Part shown: positions 9,533-20,800 of the stretch, piece after piece | Layout: each line of letters begins with the position of its first letter | Numbering within the stretch: position 1 is the first letter of the stretch | Source of the DNA: Paramoeba atlantica | Taxonomy: Eukaryota > Protista > Discosea | Length of the DNA stretch: 64,000 nt | Direction: 5' to 3' | NCBI GenBank assembly: GCA_977017575.1 | Contig: CDRNVI010000074.1 | Location: 1 to 64,000 of the forward strand | The notes under the pieces: generated by a model | What the model saw: the letters and a program-made list of their open reading frames with translations, nothing else | What the model was told of the DNA's origin: nothing | Databases searched by the model: none | Made by a program: the position numbers and the translations under genes

Positions 9533-12457
9533 ATGTCCGAAATTCTCACTACCCCCCGTTCACCACCCACGACCCCTCTTACCCACATAAAAAATCCTTC
9601 CCCCCCTCTCCCCCTCGACGACCGCAAAGCCCAGACCCTAACCAGGGTCCAGAACCAACTCCGCCAACTCTGGAACGACTATCCTCTCCCTAACCCCTAT
9701 ACCGATTTCCCTTCCACCCTCCACTTTTCCCCAGCCTCCTACCCTCCCACTTCTTCGAATCCTCAGGAATCTTCTCACCTCCTTCGCCCACAAAGTAACG
9801 ACAGCAACAACCACAGCCACAACCCCAGCAACAACAACCACCATCACGATCCCAATACCAACCCCAACCCTAACCATAACAACACGAATAGTAGCAACGA
9901 CAACGACAATCACAATGATACGAATCATAGCCACCACAACAACACGAATCATAACCACCACCACAACAACAACCCTACCACTACCACTACCACCACCACC
10001 CCCTCCTCTCCTCCCCCCCTCCCCTCCTCTACCTCTACCGACACCCCCCCTCTCTACCCCCACCCACCCCCCTCCTCTTCCCCCTCTCCCCCCTCTCCCC
10101 CCTCTCCCCCCTCTCCCCCCTCTCCCCCCACTCCCCCCTCTCCTCCCCGTTACTCCCCACCTGTTCGTATCCCCCCCTTCCCCTCCTCTCCCCTCACCCC
10201 TCCCACGCCCTACCCCCCACCGCCCCCTCCCCACGAATCGAACGCAAAGACTTCAACCCCTCCACGCCCCCACACGACGAACCCCACCACCACCACTACC
10301 ACCACTACCCCTACCCCCACGACTACCCCTACCCCCACGACTACCCCTACCCCCACGACTACCCCTACCCCCACGACTACCCCTACCCCCACGACTACTC
10401 CTACCCCCACGACTACCCCTACCCCCACGACTACCCCTACCCCCACGACTACCCCTACCCCCACGACTACCCCTACCCCCACGACTACCCTTACCCCCAC
10501 GACTACCCCTACCCCCACGACTACCCCTACCCCCACGACTACCCCTGCCCCCACGACTACCCCTACCCACACCACTACCCCTACCCACACCACTACGCCT
10601 ACCCACACGACTACCCCTACCCACACCACTACGCCTACCCACACGACTACCCCTACCCCCACGACTACCCCTACCCCCACGACTACCCCTACCCCCACGA
10701 CTACCCCTACCCCCACGACTACGCCTACCCCCACGACTACGCCTACCCCCACGACTACCCCTACCCCCACTACTACGCCTACCCCCACGACTACCCCTAC
10801 CCCCACTACTACGCCTACCCACACGACTACCCCTACCCCCACGACTACCCCTACCCCCACGACTACCCCTACCCCCACGACTACCCCTACCCCCACGACT
10901 ACCCCTACCCCCACGACTACCCCTACCCCCACGACTACCCCTACCCCCACGACTACCCCTACCCCCACCACTACCCCTACCCCCACGACTACCCCTACCC
11001 ACACGACTACCCCTACCCCCACCACTACCCCTACCCCCACGACTACCCCTACCCCCACGACTACCCCTACCCCCACGACTACCCCTACCCCCACGACTAC
11101 CCCTACCCCCACGACTACCCCTACCCCCACGACTACCCCTACCCCCACGACTACCCCTACCCCCACGACTACCCCTACCCCCACCACTACCCCTACCCCC
11201 ACGACTACCCCTACCCCCACGACTACCCCTACCCCCACGACTACCCCTACCCCCACGACTACCCCTACCCCCACGACTACCCCTACCCCCACGACTACCC
11301 CTACCCCCACCACTACCCCTACCCCCACGACTACCCCTACCCACACGACTACCCCTACCCCCACCACTACCCCTACCCCCACGACTACCCCTACCCACAC
11401 GACTACCCCTACCCCCACCACTACCCCAACCCCCACGACTACCCCTACCCACACCACTACCCCTACCCACACCACTACCCCTACCCACACCACTACCCCC
11501 ACTACCACCACTACCCCTCCCTACGCCTACTCCCCCTCACGCCCGGCCAACCCCTCCCTCACCTGGGAGGGACCCCCCACGGCGTCCCTCAGCACCCTGC
11601 TGTGTGACTACGACGACGCCGCGATGGAGGTCTCGGGCTACGGCGACATCATCCAGTTCCTCGCCCGGACCCACCCCGTGGGAGGGGGGGAGGGGCGCTC
11701 GATTTCGCTACAGGAGAGCTGGAGGTTTTATGACCGCATCGAGGGGGTGGAGATTCCGTTACGTGCCCCCCACGTGAGTCATCTGTCCCCCACCCGGAGT
11801 TTGTTCTATGTCCCGCTGTTGAGTGGGGTGGGGCTGGAGACGGGGGAGGGGAGACGGTTTGAGTGTACCCCGAGTAGGCCCCCGAATGAGCGTGCGCCGT
11901 TTTTTCTCCATGTGAAGGAGTTAATGGAGAGTGAGCCGGTGTTTCGTGAGCTGTGTGAGGTCCCGCTTTCTGGGTTTACCCCCTCCAGTTGGTATGCGGT
12001 GTTGTGGAATCCGATTTACTGTCAGCATCACTCTCCGCAGAGGAGTGCGGGGACGTTTCTCACCTTTCATTGGGTGTCCTATGCCCCGCAGTTTGGAAAT
12101 TTTCGCCTGCCCCAGGTGATTCAACAAAGGTTGCAGCAATCCGTCAAAGGATTAAGTACGGAAGAAGCTCAGTTAAGTCCCCACGAGACCACAGCCAAGC
12201 TGTCGGCCTGCCAATCGGCTTTTTCGGAGCTTGGCAACTTGTTCGCGTTTGTGCCCTATCGCGTCCGAACCAAAATTTGGTACCGGTCGTTAGGCTCTGG
12301 CATTCACTGCGCGCCGCTTCGGCTGGTTCGAAACGTCAAAGTCTTATTGAAGAGTATGGAGGATTCGGATAGCCCAATGAAACACTATCACGACCTTAAA
12401 CATTACATACGTTACGACCGAGCGTTGGCCAATTTCTTGGAGAATTGCTCTGTTTAG
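9533..12457 (+). CDS. DUF789-like protein with long low-complexity N-terminus (Asn/His-rich, Pro/Ser-rich, PTTTPT repeat)
   Basis: C-terminal SLQESWRFY...GVEIPL...FYVPLLS...PPNERAPF...PSSWYAVLWNPIY...GTFLTFH parallels DUF789 motifs (L.DLW, G.GVPL, YVPYLS, PP..R.PL, SW.SVAWYPIY, FLTYH). Confidence 0.7.
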   Translation: MSEILTTPRSPPTTPLTHIKNPSPPLPLDDRKAQTLTRVQNQLRQLWNDYPLPNPYTDFPSTLHFSPASYPPTSSNPQESSHLLRPQSNDSNNHSHNPSNNNHHHDPNTNPNPNHNNTNSSNDNDNHNDTNHSHHNNTNHNHHHNNNPTTTTTTTTPSSPPPLPSSTSTDTPPLYPHPPPSSSPSPPSPPSPPSPPSPPTPPSPPRYSPPVRIPPFPSSPLTPPTPYPPPPPPHESNAKTSTPPRPHTTNPTTTTTTTTPTPTTTPTPTTTPTPTTTPTPTTTPTPTTTPTPTTTPTPTTTPTPTTTPTPTTTPTPTTTLTPTTTPTPTTTPTPTTTPAPTTTPTHTTTPTHTTTPTHTTTPTHTTTPTHTTTPTPTTTPTPTTTPTPTTTPTPTTTPTPTTTPTPTTTPTPTTTPTPTTTPTPTTTPTHTTTPTPTTTPTPTTTPTPTTTPTPTTTPTPTTTPTPTTTPTPTTTPTPTTTPTPTTTPTHTTTPTPTTTPTPTTTPTPTTTPTPTTTPTPTTTPTPTTTPTPTTTPTPTTTPTPTTTPTPTTTPTPTTTPTPTTTPTPTTTPTPTTTPTPTTTPTPTTTPTPTTTPTPTTTPTHTTTPTPTTTPTPTTTPTHTTTPTPTTTPTPTTTPTHTTTPTHTTTPTHTTTPTTTTTPPYAYSPSRPANPSLTWEGPPTASLSTLLCDYDDAAMEVSGYGDIIQFLARTHPVGGGEGRSISLQESWRFYDRIEGVEIPLRAPHVSHLSPTRSLFYVPLLSGVGLETGEGRRFECTPSRPPNERAPFFLHVKELMESEPVFRELCEVPLSGFTPSSWYAVLWNPIYCQHHSPQRSAGTFLTFHWVSYAPQFGNFRLPQVIQQRLQQSVKGLSTEEAQLSPHETTAKLSACQSAFSELGNLFAFVPYRVRTKIWYRSLGSGIHCAPLRLVRNVKVLLKSMEDSDSPMKHYHDLKHYIRYDRALANFLENCSV
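10301..11500 (+). repeat. 18-bp coding minisatellite (CCCACGACTACCCCTACC)n, roughly 65 units
   Basis: Directly visible tandem array encoding PTTTPT, with occasional HTTTPT variants. Confidence 0.97.
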
Positions 12458-12504
12458 GCCGCATTAGTTACTGTGATGCTCATGAGCATTGTCTTGTTTC
12501 CTGA

Positions 12505-12580
12505 AATACGTACAAGGTTCCTTGCAAGACGTATTAGGAAACACGTACAAGGTTCATGCAAACGTATAAGGTTCATGCAA
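12505..12580. repeat. Short degenerate intergenic tandem repeat (ACGTACAAGGTTCATGCAA-like, 3 copies)
   Basis: acgtacaaggttccttgcaa, acgtacaaggttcatgcaa and acgtataaggttcatgcaa. Confidence 0.7.
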
Positions 12581-13013
12581 AAAATTCAGAAGAAGAGCTC
12601 CCATTCTACCGGACAGTAGTTGTGCTGTGCTGCATGAATCTTGATAAGCCTTATTGGTTGACGTACAAGTGCCCTTGAGAGGGGCTAGAGATTGATCAAA
12701 AAAATCATTTCAATGAGTGGCTTTTGTTTCCGCGCTCTCAAAAATGGGACAGGCAAGTCACAGATTCTCTTGTACAGGATAGATTCTCTTGTACTTTTAT
12801 CTCAGCACCTCTATCTGTATAGTTTTTGCAAAGAACAGAGGCCTCCCTCTTCCGTCTATCATTGTTGTCTCTCAAATTTACTCCCAAAAATATGTTCTCA
12901 TCTATTAGACCGGTTAACTAGAAAGAAAGTGTACGACTGTAGGATACGATCTAAAAAACTGCCACACCAGAACCTATCTCACCTTCCTTTTTCTTCCCTC
13001 CCTCTCTACCCCA

Positions 13014-14600
13014 TTGTCGCACTTCACCTCGGAACGTTGCATCGCCCTCGACGCGAGCTCCATCCTTGACTGGCATCACCAAGCCGCCAGTCGCACCCCT
13101 TACGAACGGGAGCCCTGGAATCCTCACGGGCGGCTCGTCCTGGAGCGACTCCTCCCCTCCCCCTCCCTGTCCCAGTCCGAGGCGCTTCGAGCCTCGCTCG
13201 CCCAGCTCCTGGCGGTTTGCAAGGCCGCAACCTCCAAATATGTCGCCCTGGACCCGATGCTACGTAATATGCCCTGGAGCCGTCTTCCGAATTCTTATTA
13301 CGCCGCAGCGCTCCCCGATGACATTCGGGTTCGGTTGTTTGCTGCCGGGTTGCGTCATTTCGGGACAAAGATCGAAACTCAATGGGGCACAGGCGCCAAA
13401 GCCATGGTGATGTACCCCTCCGAGATTGCCCCACCCGTGATCCATGGAGAGAGTCTGCACAGAGCTGAAAACGTGGCAGAGGGTTCGGAGAACCAAAACG
13501 GGCAACATGAGGCTCCCTCAAGTAAGACGAGTACAACCACGACAGGAAGTGAGGGCTCGAACAGTTTTGGGTATGTTTTGGAATTCTTCCCCACAGAGAA
13601 TATTCAGCTGTACATCGACCGGGCATTGTATATTGTAACCTATGGTGCACGTTCGAATACGGAGGAGACTGCGGTACGGAAGAAGCATGTACCTCCTGGA
13701 TTCGACTCCTCCCTGTGGCGTTCCAGCCCGCAGGATCGTGCGATTCGTACCGCTGTGTCCTCAAAATCCCTGCCAGAGATTCTCCCCGCGGAAAGCCCTT
13801 TTCGCTACCGCTCAATGATCTCTTTAATGTCTACACGAGATTTGGAAAATGGAGTGAATCTGTTTGCCGGATTCGGGGTGACGTTTCAAAACAATGTGTC
13901 GCTCTCCATATACGGCGATGCGTTACGCCGATGGAATAGTGCACTATTTTACAAACCGTCAGAGAAGGTGCAGCTTGCCCTACGCATTCGTGGAAATGCG
14001 ATTACCCACCAAGGCACTTTACTGGAGTTCGGGGGAAAGTATCAATGGAATGTGACTTCGCACCAAACATCGTGGTCGGGATCCGACAGAACAAAACGAG
14101 CCGAGTCTTTTGCGAATCAAGAGAATACCAATCAAAAAACCAAATCGTCCACCCCCTCAATTCATGCCTTGCACGGTTCCTACTCCGGGGGTCAACTCGC
14201 GCTGGGTTGTGAGACGGATATCCAGTCCTTTGTCTCGGTCTGCACGCACACCCACCAGTGGCTGCGAGAAACCGAAATGCACCACCGCATTGCGCAATAC
14301 GCAGAGGAGGGAAGCTCCTATCTGGTGTATAAAGAAATGGGGCAATACGTCCCGGCGTCCGTCCTACAGCTGGGGTCACTGTGCCATCGGTATGTCTACC
14401 GCTATGGGTGTTCCCTGGCCCAGTGGACGTGGGAGATGTGGGAACGCTCCCCGCAGGGTACATGTACCTTTGGTGTGGTGATCGGAGGAAAGGAGTGCAC
14501 TGCCGGGAGTGGTGCATCGAATGCGAGGGTAAACTATGCGAAAACACCCTCGTGGGGCGAACTTCGGTTTCGACCTTTTTTGAGTTTGGTGTGGGAGTAG
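13014..14600 (+). CDS. Predicted beta-barrel membrane protein (mitochondrial porin/Tom40/TAC40-like); start uncertain, first in-frame ATG at 13257
   Basis: Many segments with alternating hydrophobic residues and Gly (AGFGVTFQ, VQLALRIRG, LEFGGKYQW, TFGVVIGG). Terminal strand RFRPFLSLVWE resembles a beta-signal. Family is inference. Confidence 0.5.
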   Translation: MSHFTSERCIALDASSILDWHHQAASRTPYEREPWNPHGRLVLERLLPSPSLSQSEALRASLAQLLAVCKAATSKYVALDPMLRNMPWSRLPNSYYAAALPDDIRVRLFAAGLRHFGTKIETQWGTGAKAMVMYPSEIAPPVIHGESLHRAENVAEGSENQNGQHEAPSSKTSTTTTGSEGSNSFGYVLEFFPTENIQLYIDRALYIVTYGARSNTEETAVRKKHVPPGFDSSLWRSSPQDRAIRTAVSSKSLPEILPAESPFRYRSMISLMSTRDLENGVNLFAGFGVTFQNNVSLSIYGDALRRWNSALFYKPSEKVQLALRIRGNAITHQGTLLEFGGKYQWNVTSHQTSWSGSDRTKRAESFANQENTNQKTKSSTPSIHALHGSYSGGQLALGCETDIQSFVSVCTHTHQWLRETEMHHRIAQYAEEGSSYLVYKEMGQYVPASVLQLGSLCHRYVYRYGCSLAQWTWEMWERSPQGTCTFGVVIGGKECTAGSGASNARVNYAKTPSWGELRFRPFLSLVWE

Positions 14601-14968
14601 AGTGGAAGAAAGGGAGGGAGATCAAGGGGAGTGTTCAGCTTCCCCGTGTGGAATATTCAGAATTACTTTCCCTTTTTAATGATAGATAGAAATGCTTTGG
14701 GGCATGTATAGTATTAAATCCATTTTCCTTTTTTTTTTGCAAAAGGTATTCTATGCAAAGCACACAAGAGGGTTTCGAGTCAAGGAAGCGGCTTCTTGTA
14801 CAAAAATAAGCTGTGCGATAAGCCAAAAGATGTAAAAGCGTCATAAGGTGTGTTTTGCGTAATTGTTGTTTATTAACACGAAGAAACTTTTTAAATATTC
14901 TCTCAACAACGAGACGCCAACTTTGGCGCTTTTTATCACGCCCTCTGCTACACCCTGTCAAAGAGTTG

Positions 14969-17497
14969 ATGCCACCAAACTCAGACAAAGTAACCGATGC
15001 CATGAATAAGATAAAAGTTGATCACAAAGACGATGTTGAAACCCGTGAGCAGCATGAAAACACGAATATCCACACCAAAACAATGGATTCATCCAAAGGC
15101 CCCACCTTTTGGTCTCCACGACTGGAACTTTTCAAAACGTTGTTTGCCAAGCAAGAACTCGAATACAAGCAGAAAGAACGTCCCATTACGGTTGAATTGG
15201 TTGGCGTATCGTTCACAGAAACAGGCAATGAGTCTGAACAGGACGTGCCTCATGTAGTACAGTTAACTGGGACTGCCTATTGCACCACCCCATTCGATTT
15301 GTTGGAGTATTACAAAGACCGTGTGCCTCGTAGCGCCCTTAAAAAGGCGACCGAGAATTTTATTGTTGCCAAAGTCGACGACGCTGTGTGGGACCTCACC
15401 CGTCCGCTGGAGCGGGACTGCACGGTGGAACTTCTGGACTGGGAATCCGGGAGTGAAGCACAGTACGTGTTTTGGCACAGTTCTGCCCACGTTCTGGGCT
15501 ATGCATTGGAACAAGTGCTTGAGTGTAAGCTAAGCGTAGGCCCACCGCTTGCCGAGGGCGGATTCTTTTACGAAGGCGACGTGAAACGACCCATTACGGA
15601 CCAGGACTATCCCAGTCTGGAAAAGTCGGTACGTGCGATCGTTCAAGGGACGCACCCTTTTCAGCGCCTCGTGCTTACAAAGGAAAACGCCATCGCAATG
15701 TTTGGTTACAACCCCTTCAAAAGTACCATTCTCTCAAGTAAAGTACAAGACGGTGCTCACTGCGTGGTGTATCGTTGTGGAAATCTTATTGACCCGTGTC
15801 GAGGACCCCATCTACCTCACACTGGCCGCGTTCGTTCGTTCTGTGTCACCAAAAACAGCTCTAGTTATTTCCAGGGCAACGTCGAGAACGCTTCCCTGCA
15901 GCGTGTCTATGCCATGTCATTTCCGAAAGAGTCCCTTATGAAGGAATGGAAGGCACGGGTCGCTGATGCCGCGTTATACGACCACCGCGTGCTGGGAAAG
16001 AAGCAAGAACTATGGAACTGGAACTCCGACCTCAGCCCAGGTTCCACCTTTTGGCACCCCTACGGCGCACGCATCTACCTTGCTCTCGTCGATTTTATGC
16101 GCAAACAGTACCGACGCCGTGGGTTTGAAGAGGTGATTACCCCAAACATGTACCACACAAAATTATGGCAAATCAGCGGGCACTATGACAAGTACAAAGA
16201 GAATTTATTCTTCTGCAATGACGGGTGCAAAGCAGCTTCCGAGAACGAATCCGCGGCGTATGCCCTGAAACCGATGAACTGTCCCGGACACTGCCTATTG
16301 TATAAAATGCGTCCTCGTAGCTATCGTGAGCTTCCGATGCGTTTGGCCGATTTTGGGGTGTTGCATCGCAATGAAATCAGCGGGGCGCTCTCCGGTCTTA
16401 CCCGCGTGCGACGGTTCCAGCAGGATGACGCCCATATCTTTTGTACCGAAGGCCAACTTGGGAAAGAAATACGGGCCGCACTGACGTTTCTTCGCGACGT
16501 GTACGAAATCCTGGGGTTCACATTTTCCTTGGCCTTAGCCACACGACCGAAACTCTACCTTGGTGAGGTGGAGGCGTGGAATCGCAGCGAAGACCACTTG
16601 CGAAAAGCGCTCAACGAGTTTTGCGGGATTCCCGAGACACTGCCAGATCCAAACTCGTCGGGGGCACAATTTCAATACGATGGCACCCCCGACGCCCACC
16701 GGAAGCTACGAAAGCTGGTCGCCCACCGACAGACGTCAGCAGTCGTGCGCACATGGGAACTCCACCCCGAGGATGGTGCCTTTTACGGTCCTAAAATTGA
16801 TTTATGCGTGACCGATGCCCTGGGGCGTAAACATCAATTGGGCACGCTGCAGTTAGACTTTCAACTCCCGCTGCGCTTTAACCTTACCTACGTGTGTGCC
16901 TCTCCAAATACTGTGGTTTCAAACGAAAACGGCGAGGGAGGTCAAACGACAAACTCCGATATGAGTACACCCACAAACCCAGCTAATGAAACGAGAGTAG
17001 TAGAGGAGACGAAAGAGACAAAGGAAGAGGTTAAGGAATCTCATTCATTGGAACGTCCACTGGATGCGTCACACAAACGCCCCGTCATGATTCATCGCGC
17101 CATATTCGGCTCCCTGGAACGTTGTGTGGCAATTCTTGCCGAACACTATCGCGGCAAATGGCCCTTTTGGATTAGCCCACGTCAAATTTTAGTGGTTCCG
17201 GTGTCCAATGCGACCTATACGTACGCGCAGGAGATAAAGGACATCTTCCATGCGGAGTTCCATGCCGATGTGGACCTCAGCGAGATAAAGATGGAAAAGA
17301 AGATACGAAACGGACAAATGGCGCAGTATAATTTTATCTTTGTCGTTGGGGCACAAGAAGAGGCGAATCGTACGGTGAATGTGCGAACACGTGATAATGT
17401 CCGTCATGGCTGCTATGGTATTGATGAAATGGAACATAAATTAAGCGAGATCGCACGTACTTTTGCGAAGAATGACGCCATAACGATCAGTAAGTGA
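14969..17497 (+). CDS. TARS: Threonyl-tRNA synthetase
   Basis: TGS domain, editing motifs WHSSAHVLG and DPCRGPH, core motifs KPMNCPGH, RVRRFQQDDAH, QLGTLQLDF and MIHRA, and an anticodon-binding domain. First ATG at 14969. Confidence 0.97.
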   Translation: MPPNSDKVTDAMNKIKVDHKDDVETREQHENTNIHTKTMDSSKGPTFWSPRLELFKTLFAKQELEYKQKERPITVELVGVSFTETGNESEQDVPHVVQLTGTAYCTTPFDLLEYYKDRVPRSALKKATENFIVAKVDDAVWDLTRPLERDCTVELLDWESGSEAQYVFWHSSAHVLGYALEQVLECKLSVGPPLAEGGFFYEGDVKRPITDQDYPSLEKSVRAIVQGTHPFQRLVLTKENAIAMFGYNPFKSTILSSKVQDGAHCVVYRCGNLIDPCRGPHLPHTGRVRSFCVTKNSSSYFQGNVENASLQRVYAMSFPKESLMKEWKARVADAALYDHRVLGKKQELWNWNSDLSPGSTFWHPYGARIYLALVDFMRKQYRRRGFEEVITPNMYHTKLWQISGHYDKYKENLFFCNDGCKAASENESAAYALKPMNCPGHCLLYKMRPRSYRELPMRLADFGVLHRNEISGALSGLTRVRRFQQDDAHIFCTEGQLGKEIRAALTFLRDVYEILGFTFSLALATRPKLYLGEVEAWNRSEDHLRKALNEFCGIPETLPDPNSSGAQFQYDGTPDAHRKLRKLVAHRQTSAVVRTWELHPEDGAFYGPKIDLCVTDALGRKHQLGTLQLDFQLPLRFNLTYVCASPNTVVSNENGEGGQTTNSDMSTPTNPANETRVVEETKETKEEVKESHSLERPLDASHKRPVMIHRAIFGSLERCVAILAEHYRGKWPFWISPRQILVVPVSNATYTYAQEIKDIFHAEFHADVDLSEIKMEKKIRNGQMAQYNFIFVVGAQEEANRTVNVRTRDNVRHGCYGIDEMEHKLSEIARTFAKNDAITISK

Positions 17498-17849
17498 CAC
17501 GTACAGAATAACGTATAGAAGCTTAAGGTACTTCATTTTCGTCGTCTATTAACAAGAACGTTCCTTTCATGAAGCGCTCCGCTCGAAACACATTAACAAT
17601 ATAGCTAATTAAAAAAACCTTCGTACGACGTTATTCTGATTTTGAAATCATGTCTTATGCGTCAAATAATGATACTTGTGATTTGAAATACTACTACTGA
17701 CTTCTAGTACTAATTTTAAAACATTTTTAAGTGAATACATGTTTCATCGTAATCGTGGGAAAATGAGTTCGTTTCTAATTTTTCTACAATATCGAATCCC
17801 TTTAACAACGTAGTGTAATAGGTATCAAATATAATAAGCAACACCCTAA

Positions 17850-20800
17850 ATGGCTAGCGCTCGAGTGTATACGTGCATTCGCGTACGACCTCCACTATTG
17901 GCCCCGGATGAGCCGACCATACCACTTGACATTGACGCTACGCACACAAAGTTACGCATTGTAAAGGAAATACCCATGATGTCATCCGCACACAGCACGA
18001 AGTCAGAGAGCAAATACCTCTTCGACCGAATCTTTAACGCTGGCTCTCCTTCTTCTGAAGTATTTCTGCACTCGTGGCCTATGCTTCGAGAGAATCTTTT
18101 ACAAGGCTACCATGGCGTGTTCTGCGTGTATGGGCAAACAGGGAGTGGTAAGACATATACGGTAGACGCGTACCTCGAGGAGCTTCTTCCCACCGTTTTC
18201 GGAGAGATGCAAGACGGACTACTCAGTAGTGCTAAGGTCATCGCCATATCCTACGTACAAATTTACATGGATGGGATTTATGATTTGTTAAACGAAAATC
18301 GCTCCATTGCAAAATCTCGAGCCTCGGACACAACCGCATTTCCGATACCGGAGTCCATGTCGGCTCACAAAGTACACCACTTACTGCTGCAAGCACGAAA
18401 ACACAGAAAATTATCCGAGCACGCCTTAAACCGACGTAGCAGTCGTTCACACACGGTTTTCATTCTCCATGTGGAGCTGCAAACCGAAGAAGGCCAACTA
18501 CTTTATCCAAAATTATACATTGTAGATCTCGCCGGCAGCGAACGTCTCTACCGTACCCTCTCCGCGGGCAACACCTTCGATGAGGGCTGTAATATCAACA
18601 AATCCCTGAGCTGTTTAGCCAAATGTCTGGAGTGTATGGCACAGCGACAAGCGATGGTTCCCTATCGTGAGTCAGCGCTCACTTACTTTCTACGTGACGC
18701 CTTGTCAAATTCCTTATTCGTGCTCTTGTGTTGTGTTTCCCCGGAGGTGCTGGATGAGGACGAGACCCGATGCACGTTACATTTCGCCACAGTAGCTAGG
18801 AAAGTGGTCATACAGCGACACAGCGCAGCAGACCAAGCCCGACGAAGATCTCTGCGACTGCAATATGAGGAAAAACTGGAACAGCAAATCTCAAACCTCA
18901 AAGCGGTACACGAGCATGAGGTCCGGGTCCTGCAGGATCGGGCGCGAACTGTGCAAGCCTCTACAATGGACCACAGAAGGTCCTATGAGGAGTTGCATGA
19001 GAGATATGGGAAGCTGTGGCGACAGCTGGAAGCGACGGAGAGTGAGTTAGAGGCAGCAAAATATACGGTTGATGAGCTCCAAAGCGAGCTATCGGAGAAA
19101 CAGATAGAAGTGCAAGAGGTTACGTTGGAACTTCAATCGTTACGGGAGCGTGGCGAACATTCGCATACTGCACAGCGTGCCCCGAATGACGATCAGTGGT
19201 TCGGTTTACTAAGAGAACGTATGAGCCACGCAATAGACAGTTTACGGGGTGAATTAATCCACACTAACCTTCCCTCGGAGCCTCCGACGTCTGTGGTGTC
19301 AGATCTATCCATCGACACTTCACTTACTTATGTGTCTACAGACTCTGTGTATAGTTTTCCTCCGGAGTATGCCAAAGGAGGAAATGTACATCAAGAAATT
19401 CAGTCTGAGGAACTGAGGCTTGAAACCACTTTTGAAGGTGATAATATGAGATGGAGTCTTCCTTTGGGAGGCGCGGAGCCCTTTAATGTACCAACTGGCA
19501 CAAATTCTATAGAGTCTCCACCTCGAGCTCAGTTAACTGATCAGTACCACACATTCATCAGTATGTCACCCATAACAACACAATTGCGCAGTTGTCTTGA
19601 AGCTCACTACAAGGAAATCATTCTAACATTAGAATATGAACAGGAGAGTCGTAGAAATCTTGAACGTATGGAAGATAAGTGGTTTTCTTCAATTTCCCAG
19701 ACTTTCCGAGAAATACTTGCCAAACGTGAATTGTCTTGCATTTCAGCATCATTCTTAGCCACGGAAGAGAGCCACGAAGCTTCACAGGAAATTGGCTTGT
19801 TGAAAAATATTGGTCACATCCCATCTCTGTCTCTTCTAGAGGAATGCAAGAAAGTAACAGATCATCACAAATCGGAAATCTGCGATCTAAAACAAAGTCT
19901 TGCATACCTGAACTTAGGGTTTCAAGAATCCCAGGAACGTCAACAACTTCAATCGATAATGCACGCTTCAAATTTCGACTTTTTACTGGAGGGGACACAG
20001 CGGCTCCATTCGATCTCTGTAGATGAAGTAAAAAAGGATCGGGACGCGTCACGCAACAATCTTTTACTTGAAATAGCGGAGGTTCGCGATGAGTTGGATA
20101 TTGCAATGAACGCAACTGTTCGATTTCAAGATGAACTTTCTTTATCTACAGAGATGAACGAACTGGTGAGATTACAATTTAGTGAGGAAGAGGCGAGAAA
20201 TATACTGATATCCCAGCAACTAAATGTGGCTCAGACGTATTTTAGTGTGCATAGTGCTGAATTGCAATGGTTCTTGTGTAGCAATCACCTACTCTCCACA
20301 GTGGAACCTAGTAGACGAGCTCTGATCATGATTACCGCGTTTTCTACCTTTACAGAGATAATGCGTGCTCATGCGGCACAACTGACGAGTCAGTACGAAA
20401 TACAACTTCGAGAGACATCCAGTTTCAGAGTAGCTCAAACAGATATGACAAGTGCTTTGAACAACTTTGCCGCCTTGCAGGAGTCTATAGTCGACTTATC
20501 GGGCGAAAGATGGAATCTAGTAAGTGGCACCCTAGAAAAACAATTTGAAGTTGGTTCTTTTAGGCGGCATGAAAAGGAAACCATTCACGAACTTCTCTTA
20601 ACGGAGTCCGGTGAACGTGTTAGTGCCGTGTTTGCTGCCATGCTTGACATAAAGGAAGGAGCATTTTCAAAATTGGATAAAACTATAAAACACGCTGCTA
20701 CGTTAGAAAGATCGATCCAAAAGATACTTGAAGATCATACCTCTTTTCGCAGCATCCGTGAAAATGAAGTAGAAAATCTGAAGGAGCGCTGTAAAAAACG

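Noticed and set aside
9630-9880. CCCTAA telomere-like hexamers
   Set aside because: Isolated copies within Pro/Asn codons, not an array.
9638-11777. Long alternative-frame and antisense ORFs (GVVVGV, RGGRGS, LPPRLP)
   Set aside because: A by-product of a stop-free 18-bp repeat. Only the 9533 frame joins a globular domain.
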